56,856 bases of DNA, taken from assembly GCF_006345805.1 (NCBI RefSeq), contig NW_021833610.1, positions 1 to 56,856 of the forward strand, read 5' to 3'. The first letter of the stretch is position 1; each line of letters starts with the position of its first letter. Positions 48,677-56,856 of this stretch are shown piece by piece. The translations under genes and the position numbers were made by a program. The notes beneath the pieces were generated by a model that ran no database searches, was not told where the DNA came from, and saw only the letters and a list, made by a program, of their open reading frames with translations. The stretch is from Octopus sinensis. Its lineage: Eukaryota.

Positions 48677-48787
48677 AAATTCCTGGATTTTCCTGAAGAG
48701 AAAGCTGCATAATGGACTCCTTATTCATTCGGAATTAGGGACTTTGCAGACTTCGAAATATATGTCGAAAATAAAATAAAGGAATTT
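48677..48787 (+). ncRNA. Type I hammerhead ribozyme with minimal palindromic stem III (Penelope type)
   Basis: Core CTGAAGA 48693-48699, GAAA 48755-48758, GTC 48764-48766. Stem I ATTTTC/GAAAAT plus AAATTCC/GGAATTT; stem II closed by G48700-C48754 with CTGCA/TGCAG; ATATATGT is self-complementary with two G-U pairs. Confidence 0.75.
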
Positions 48788-48875
48788 TGTTAAATCTTCG
48801 TTCAGCTCCATTCTTTCCTATACTATGTATATATATATATATGTATATATATATATGTATATGTATATATATGTA

Positions 48876-51800
48876 TCATCATCATCGTTTAACGTCCATT
48901 CTCCATGCTAGCATGGGTTGGATGGTTCAACCTGGGATGTGGGAAGCCAGAAGGCTGCACCAGGCTCCAGTCTTATCTGGCAATGTTTCTACAGCTGGAT
49001 GCCCTTCTTAACGCCAACCACTCCGTGAGTGTAGTGGGTGCTTTTTACGTGCCACCTGCACAGGTGCCAGGCGAGGCTGGCAACGGCCACGGTCGGATTG
49101 GTACACTTTACATGCCACCGGCACAGAAGCCCGTCGAGGTGGCACTGGCATACAGCCACAATTTGGATGGTGCTTTTTATGTGCCACCGGCACGGAAGCA
49201 AGTCGAGGCGGCGCTGGCATCGGCCACGATTCGGATAGTGCTTTTTACATACCACCAGTCCAGAGGTCCTGGCATCTGCCGGGTGCCAGTCATAGGATTG
49301 ATTCAATTTCGATTCCGATTTCGATTTTAATTTCACTTGCCCCAACAGGTCTTCGCAAGCAAAGGGGGGTTGGCATGGGAGCCTGTCGTCGGATGAGGTT
49401 CGATATCAACTTCGATTGCCTCAACAGGTCTTTGTGTGTCGAAGGGAGGAAAGGCATGCATAAGTGGGCTGCACAGCATATTTCCAAAGGTCTCGGTCGC
49501 TGGTCATTTCCTCAGTGAGGCCTAAAGTTCAAAGGTCGTGCTTCACCACCTCGTCCCAGGTTTTCCTGAGTCTACCCCTTCCACGGGTTCCCTCAACTGC
49601 TAGGGATTGACACTTTTTCACACACCTATCTTCATCCATTCTCGGCACATGACCATACCAGCGCAATCGTCTCTCTTGCACACCACAACTGATGCTTCTT
49701 AGGTCCAACATTTCTCTCAAGGTACTAACGCTCTGTCGAGTATGCACACTGACATTACACATCCATCGGAGCATACTGGCTTCATTCCTCGCGAGCTTAC
49801 GCATGTCCTCAGCAGTCACGGCCCATGTTTCATTGCCATGTAGCATGGCTGTTCGTACACATGCATCATACAGTCTGCCTTTTACTCTGAGCGAGAGCCC
49901 TTTAGTCACCAGCAGAGGTAAGAGCTCCCTAAACTTTGCCCAGGCTATTCTTACTCTAGCAGTTACACTTTCAACGCACCCACCCCCACTACTGACATGG
50001 TCACCTAGATAACGGAAGCTATCAACTACTTCTAGGTTTTCCCCCTGGAAAGTAACGGAAGTTGTTTTCTGCAGATTTTCAGAGTTTATTGCTCCTGAGC
50101 ATCTGCCACATACAAAAACTATCTTCCCAGTTAGCCTTCCTTTGACATTGCTGCACCTCTTATGTGTCCATAGCTTACACTGGGTACATCTTATAGAGTT
50201 TCTACCTACACCTTTTCTACAGATTGAGCAGGGCCATCTCCCTGAAGACATTTGTGATTTGTCTACCTTCCTACTTATTAGGACTTTGGTTTTAGCTAGA
50301 TTGACTCTAAGGCCCCTCGATTCTAAACCCTCCTTCCACACCTGGAACTTCTCCAGTTCTGATAGTGACTCAGCAATTAGAGCAAGATCGTCAGCATAGA
50401 AGAGCTTCCAGGGGCAACCTGTCTTGAATTCCTCCGTAATTGCCTGGAGGACTATGATAAATAGGAGGGGGCTGAGTACTGAACCCTGGTGGACCCCAAC
50501 CTCTACTTTGAATTCTTCTGTGTACATGTTGCCAACCCTAACCTTACTTACGGCATCCCTGTACATGGCTTGCACAGCCCTCACCAGCCATTCATCTATC
50601 CCTAGTTTCCTCATTGACCAGCAGATAAGGTATCGGGGGCCCTGTCAAAGGCTTTCTCCATGTCAACGAAAGCCAGGTACAGGGGCTTATCTTTGGCTAG
50701 GTATTTCTCCTGCAGCTGTCTCACCAGAAATATGGCATTAGTGGTGCTTTTCCCTGGCATGAAACCAAACTGCATCTCGTCCAAGTTGACTCTCTCCTTA
50801 ATAAGTTGGGCTATGACCCTCTCTGTAACCTTCCTTACCTGATCCAACAGCTTGATACCTCTGTAATTATTTGTACCTAGGTCGTCTCCTTTACCTTTGT
50901 AGCAGTTGACTAGTATGCTGCTACACCAGTCATTGAGTATGACTCCTTCGTGTATCACCTGGTTAACTATACGGGTGACTAGGTTATAGCCGACACTGCC
51001 TGATATTTGGAGCATCTCTGCAGTAATTCCTGATGGGCCTGGGGCTTTCCCTGTCTTCATGCTTCTAATTGCCTTAACTACCAAAGAATTGTTAACTTGG
51101 ATGGCTAGTCCCTCTGTTGGGTTGACAATCGGCAGACTCTCTTTATCCCATTCATTTTCTTTATTCAGCAACCTTTCATAGTGGCATCTCCAAACCTCTC
51201 TCTTTGCATCCTCATTTAGCGCAAGTGAACCATCATTCATGCAGACACATTTCTCTCCTACCACATCACGATTCTCTCTCACACACTGTCTTGCAACGCG
51301 AAATACCTCAAGTCTTTCATCCTCATGGTGCAGAACATTGGCAAATTTTTTCTTATCCGCTTCCCCTCTGGCTAAATAAACCTGTCTCCTAGCTTCCCTT
51401 CTTGCTGTCTGATACAATTCCCTGATACCACCGTTCTTCCAGTCCCTCCAAGCCTGTTTCTTTTGTCTAATAGCCCTGTCAACCACATTGTTCCACCACC
51501 ACGTTACTCTAGTTCGAGATGGGACTTTGCTCCATCCACAGATCTGGTCAGTGGCTGTCAGCAGATTGTCCCATAGAAATCTCCAGTTGTCTTCCACATT
51601 AAGTGAAAGTATATCCCCTTCTATTTCGTCAAAGGCTTCGAGTAGTATGTCTCTAAATCTCTGTCCATTTGCAGGATCTTTAAGCTCCCAGACCCTTCTC
51701 CTCCATGCTGGTCTTCTTCTGGGCAACCATTTAGCTCTGATCCTGAAGTCGCTAACTATTAATCTATGTTGAGGAGTACATTCTTCGCCTGGAAAGGTTT

Positions 51801-52250
51801 TGGCATTTATAAGCAGCCCTCTTTCCCTCTTTCTGGTGAGGATGTAGTCAATCTGGCTAGTGTCTGCCAGAACGGTAGGTGACTAGGTGAGAGGTGGGTT
51901 TCCTGAAGTTGGTATTGCAAACCATAAGGTCATTTGCATTGCAGAACTCCAGCAGCCTGGTTCCCTCCTCATTTCGAGAGCCAAAACCGTAGCCTCCATG
52001 AACGCCATGGAAGCCCCCGACATGCCGTCCAACATGTCCATTGAAATCACCTGCCACAAAGAGAAGGTCACTGTCATTTGTCAACGAGGTAGTCCGCAAT
52101 AGGGTGTCGTAGAATTGGTCTTTCTGTCCTTCCGGTAGCCCTGGTTGAGGGGCATATGCTGAAATGATGGTAGCTGACCTATGTTGAAGCACTAATCTAA
52201 TCTTAAGTACTCTGTCACTTACTCTGACTACCTCGATTACCTTATCTCCT
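48876..52250 (-). mobile_element. RTE-clade LINE, nearly complete (endonuclease part, RT, 3' UTR, (CAT)n tail)
   Basis: ORFs 51857-52192, 50611-51726 and 49529-50614 with AGDFNGHVG, NYRGIKLL, GVHQGSVLSPLLF, YADDL; few frameshifts. Confidence 0.95.
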
Positions 52251-52259
52251 CGATTATAT

Positions 52260-53280
52260 GTATATGTATATATATGAAAATTCTAAATATACATAATTGA
52301 AAAAGAAAATAATACTTCAATAAATAAATACTATAAAATTAAATAAAAAACACAAAGCTATTACAAGTCATTAAATTGTAACCAAAATAAGAAATGTTTC
52401 AAATATAGACAAACTCCTTACATAAGCTAATATAATAAATATACATGTGTAGTATCTATAGATTTCATGTTACAAACTATAACAAAATAGACTAAATATC
52501 AAATAATATAATACCTAATTAACTTCAATTTAGTATTACAAATACAAATTCCTCTATATATCAATAAATAATATAATATATTGTATAACATATATATATA
52601 TATATTATATATATATATATATAATATATATATATATAATAGCAAGAATAATATGTTAATGGAAAGTAAGAAACCTATCAACCCCAAAGTAAAGAAAGGT
52701 GCTAAAATATTCAAACCAAAGAACAATACCCTATGAAGATGTACAATCACAATCACCAGTCCTCTACCAAACCAGTCAATTACATTAACAATAATAAAAA
52801 CGATCAAAGTCAAAATAATAGCAAAAACTAACTAATATTGATAAGCAAACTAAATTACTAAGTTCAACGATTCTGGTTAATCTATCTAGATTTTAAAAGG
52901 ATAAACATCTAATTAATCAACTCAATTAATTTCATTCATGAAAATACAATCAAAAGTTTGAAAAAGTACAAATACACTAAAATCCATTATATAAACTCGT
53001 TATATTAATATCCATGTATAAAATCTATAGATTTAATATATCACACGATAAAAAGTTAAACATAAATATTATATTAAAATAAAAACTAGTATATTTTAAA
53101 AAATTGTACTAATAGAAAATTAGAATTATATAAAAAGAAACTTTATAATTTCTTCAAAAGAAATGTTTTAAGTACTACTATATATAATGTGAAATATAAT
53201 GTTAATTATTTAGATGTTAACATTAATTTAGTAACGGGTAAAACCCAACCATTCCATAAAATTACTGAAAATCTTAGACT
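52260..53280 (+). pseudogene. Extremely AT-rich Penelope-like RT relic
   Basis: TNRKLELYKKKLYNFF...VNYLDVNINLVTGKTQPFHK at about 53108-53260 aligns by eye to SNRRLDLLKKRLHKV...VNYLDVNCNLTNGIHEPYIK at about 32257-32400. Confidence 0.6.
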
Positions 53281-54360
53281 TTGCACCATCCACAGATCTG
53301 GTTGGTGGCCCTTAGCAGGTTGTCCTGTAGGAACCTCCAGTTGTCTTCTATATCATGTGAAGCTACATCCCCTTCTATTTAGTCAAAGGCTTCGATTAAT
53401 ATGTCTCTAAATCTCTGTCCATCTGCAGGATCTTTAAGTCTCCAGACCCTTCTTCTCCTTGCTGGTTGTCTTCTGGGCATCCATTTAGCCCTGATCCTGA
53501 AGTCACTAACTACTAGTCTATATTGTGGAGTACATTTTCACCTGGGAAGGTTTTGGCATTTATAAGCAGCCATCTTTCCCTTTTTCTGGTGAGGATGTAG
53601 TCAATCTGACTAGTGTGTCTGCCAGAGCGGTAGGTGACTAGGTGGCTGGCAGGTTTTCTGAAGTTAGTATTGCAAACCATAAGATCATTTTCATCACAGA
53701 ACTCCAGCAGCCTGGTTCCCTCCTCATTGCAGGAGCCAAAACCGTAGCCTCCATGTATACCATGGAAGCTCCTGACATGTTGTCCAACATGTCCATTGAA
53801 GTCGCCAGCCACAAAGAGAAGGTTCCTGTCATTCGTCAATGCGGTAATCTGCAAGAGGGTGTCATAAAATCGGTCTTTCTGTCCATCGGGTAGCCCTGGC
53901 TGAGGGGCATAGGCTGAGATAATGGTTGCTAACCCATGATGAAGCATTAATCTAATCTTAAGTATTCTGTCGCATCCTCTGACTACCTCAGTTACTTTAT
54001 CTGCCCATTTATCCACAAGAAGTTTACCCACACCCCCAACCCCGTCAGTGTTCCTTGCCCAGAAAATCTTGTACCTGTGTTCTTTGCCTGTGAGGAACCT
54101 AGCAGAACCTCCTCTCCACCTTACTTCTTGGATGCAGCACATATCGACGCATCTCCATTCAAGCATCTCAACAATCTCACCAGACCTACCTTTCAGTGTG
54201 CAGACGTTGAGAGTGCCAACCCTGAGGGTGTGGGAGGTATGGGCCCTAGAGACCCTGGGACGGGGGTTAGTGGCGTCATGTACCTGAAAAGAGAGCTCGC
54301 ATTTGGCAGAATTCATAAGCAAACAATGATCTTAATAAGTTCAACCTGCTTACACTAAAC
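53280..54360 (-). mobile_element. RTE LINE 5' portion (APE endonuclease, ORF 53513-54322)
   Basis: RVGTLNVCTL, CCIQEVRWRG, ISAYAPQ, AGDFNGHVG, SQIDYIL. Confidence 0.93.
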
Positions 54361-54933
54361 TATCATGTTTTGCACTGTATTATCACTACCTTATATAGTA
54401 GGGGTGGTGTTGGTGTAAGGCCTTTAGGAGTTCATGGGAGACAAGCAAAGGAAGACGAGATAGGGACTTTCGGTACAGGTGGAAAGGGTGGGAGGGCTTA
54501 GGTACCTCCAGGAACTGGCAACCATGGGCTAGGAATTAAGAGACAGAAAAGGCCGACAGGTAGATAGGCAAATAGGGTAGGAATTAAATAGACAGAATGA
54601 TAGCCGATAAGTGAGGGAGAAAGACAAGATGAGCGACAAAATTAAAGACGAAAGACTGTGTGATCGTGTGATAAATTTTCATGAGTGAAAGACTATGTTG
54701 CAAATTACGGAAGTGTGTGACCTAGGGTTTAAGACGAAAAGACATCAACAGTAAGACGGAAAGACAGAATAGGAAGAAAATAATAAGGGTCTATGATGAT
54801 AATACTCGCAAAAATACAATGAAACGAGGAGCAAGTTGAAAGCTTAAAATCTCTTATCTGAAATTTTTCATCCTCTGAGAATCGTGTTTACAGCCAGGGT
54901 TAATCAGTATATATATAAATATGTATGTATGTA

Positions 54934-56608
54934 TATATGGTGCATTTTAAAACGTTTCTTGTAATTTTTCTTTCATGTATATATCACTCATATGGCAGTG
55001 ATGTCTGCTTCACACAGTTTACCTGCTTACCACATCACATGACTGAGGCTGATAATCATGTGATAAGTAATTTCTAACAGGTTAAGCTGTTCAAGGAAAG
55101 AAACTTGGTTATTCAGTTGAAGAAGGCTTCCAGTGCTAAATGGCCTCTCGTAAATACTTTAGAGCCAGCCAACGCTATAACTCTTGGTTCGACATTATTG
55201 GACATAAGAAAATAAAACAGTTATTTCAAGAAATTTCTCTTTAAAGAATGATTAGTAGAAAATGTAAATCATCATCATCATCATCATTTAACATCCACTT
55301 TCCATGCTGGCATGGGTTGGATGGCTTGACTGAAAGTGATAGGCTGGAGAGCTGCACCAGGTTCCAGTCAGATTTGACACAGTTTCTACAGCTGGATGCC
55401 TTTCCATATGCCAACCTCTCCAAGAGTGAAATGGGTGCTTTTTATGTGACACCAGCATCGTCTACGATTTCATTTGGTTTGATGAATCTTCTCAAGCATG
55501 GTAAATTGCCAGAGGTCTCAGCAACTTATCATCTCTGTGTGGATCAAAGTTTGTAAGGTACATTTTGTGTAACACTGGCATAAGCCACAACTACAATTTC
55601 ACTTGGCTTGATGGCTCTTCTTAAGCACAGAATATTGCCAAAGGTCTCAGTCACTAGTCATAGCCTCCATGAAGCTCAATGTTCGAGGATCATGCTTCAC
55701 CACCTCGTCCCTCGTCCCTTGGGTCTATCTCTTCCACATGTCCCCTCCACAGTGAAGTCTTCTCTCTTGCACACCACATCTGATGCCTCTTGTGCACCAT
55801 TCCAGATAAGGGATTGGGGGACTCTGTCAAAAGCTTTCTTTATGTCAATGAAGGCCAAGTACAGAGGTTTATCTTTGGCTAGGTACAGAGGTTTATTTCC
55901 CGCAGCTGTCTTACCAGAAATATAATGTCAGTGGTGCTACTCCCTGGCGCAAACCCAAACTGCATCTCGTCTAAACTAACTCTCTCCCTAATTATTTGGG
56001 CTATGACCCTCTCCATGACTTTCATCACCTGATCCAACTATTTGATAACTCTCCAATGTCTGTTTATTTGTGGGGTGTGGGGACACTTTATACCTTCATA
56101 TTAATTAGAATATGAACAATAGTCATGTTTACAATGTATCAGATAAATAATTATAATTATCCTTTGTTAGGGAATCACAGAGTGAGACAAGAATATTTTA
56201 TCAACAGCCATAAATTAAACATCATCATCATCATCCTTGTTTTCACATTCATTGTTCCCTGCTTGCATGGGTGAGATTAGTTTATTGAGGCAGACTTTCT
56301 ATAGCTTGATGCTCTTCCTGATGCTGACCCTCATCTGTTTCCAAGCAAGGTAATATTCCCCCTGGCCAGACGTGGTTTCCACAGAAGACAGGAAACAAAC
56401 AACCTCACTTGTATGCTGGGGATGCTCGTTTACAGCCATCACATGATGTCAAGACAAGAGTACAAACACACACACACACACACACAGTACATATTTGAGG
56501 GTCCCTTGTATCAGTTTCTATCTCCCAAACCAGTTTACACGGCTTTGGTTGGCTCAGGGCCATACTAGAAGATATTTGCTTGAGTTGCCTTACATTGGGA
56601 TTCAACAT
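54934..56608. repeat. Segmental duplicate, copy 2 (paralogous to 27937-30453), with an internal deletion of about 870 bp
   Basis: Colinear identity; junction gtgcaccat-tccagataag at 55800/55801; the match ends inside a SINE where a LINE is inserted. Confidence 0.92.
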
Positions 56609-56856
56609 ACTTACTTGTACTTGTGACGGCATTCACCCAGGGCGGGTTAAGCCGGCTTCTTCTCTGGTCCTAACGGCATCACGAACCATGGCAGGCCACA
56701 CTTGACAGTCCTGTGCGAGGTCACTGGAAATAGCGAGCCATTCATGGTTCCATCTGCACAGACCGATCACCTGACCTGCGTACCTGACAGTTCAGAGAGG
56801 TCCTCCTTTAACGTGGTTGCCCAGGTCTTCACATGCCCGCTCATGCATTTGTGCCA
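56609..56856 (-). mobile_element. 3' end of a different RTE LINE (SR2-like) with a (caagta)n tail
   Basis: Minus strand GHVKTWATTLKEDL...LAQD..VW.AMVRDAV..EAGLTRPG* followed by caagtacaagtaagt. Confidence 0.75.

Overview
Repeat-rich animal genomic DNA. The LINE, SINE and microsatellite content suggests a cephalopod such as Octopus, which is an inference. One host gene is recoverable: a minus-strand PARP14-like macro-PARP. Twelve exons with GT-AG boundaries and matching phases (41663 down to 2613, 3443 nt, about 1147 codons, incomplete at both ends) encode a 512-codon exon, a hydrolase-type macrodomain 1, two paralogous reader-type macrodomains and the start of the downstream linker. The two readers come from a tandem duplication of a phase-symmetric four-exon cassette (137+228+228+55 nt, 216 aa). 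The copies differ at 48 of 216 amino acids, while some adjacent intron patches are 94-98% identical. A second duplication (27937-30453 vs 54934-56608, offset about 27 kb) predicts another macro1-containing module just beyond the right edge. Introns hold degenerate Gypsy, RTE (three types), CR1-like, HERO-like, R4/Dong-like, Penelope-like, mariner, Helitron and SINE copies, three tandem arrays and a type I minimal hammerhead ribozyme (48677-48787, +). All alignments and counts were done by eye.
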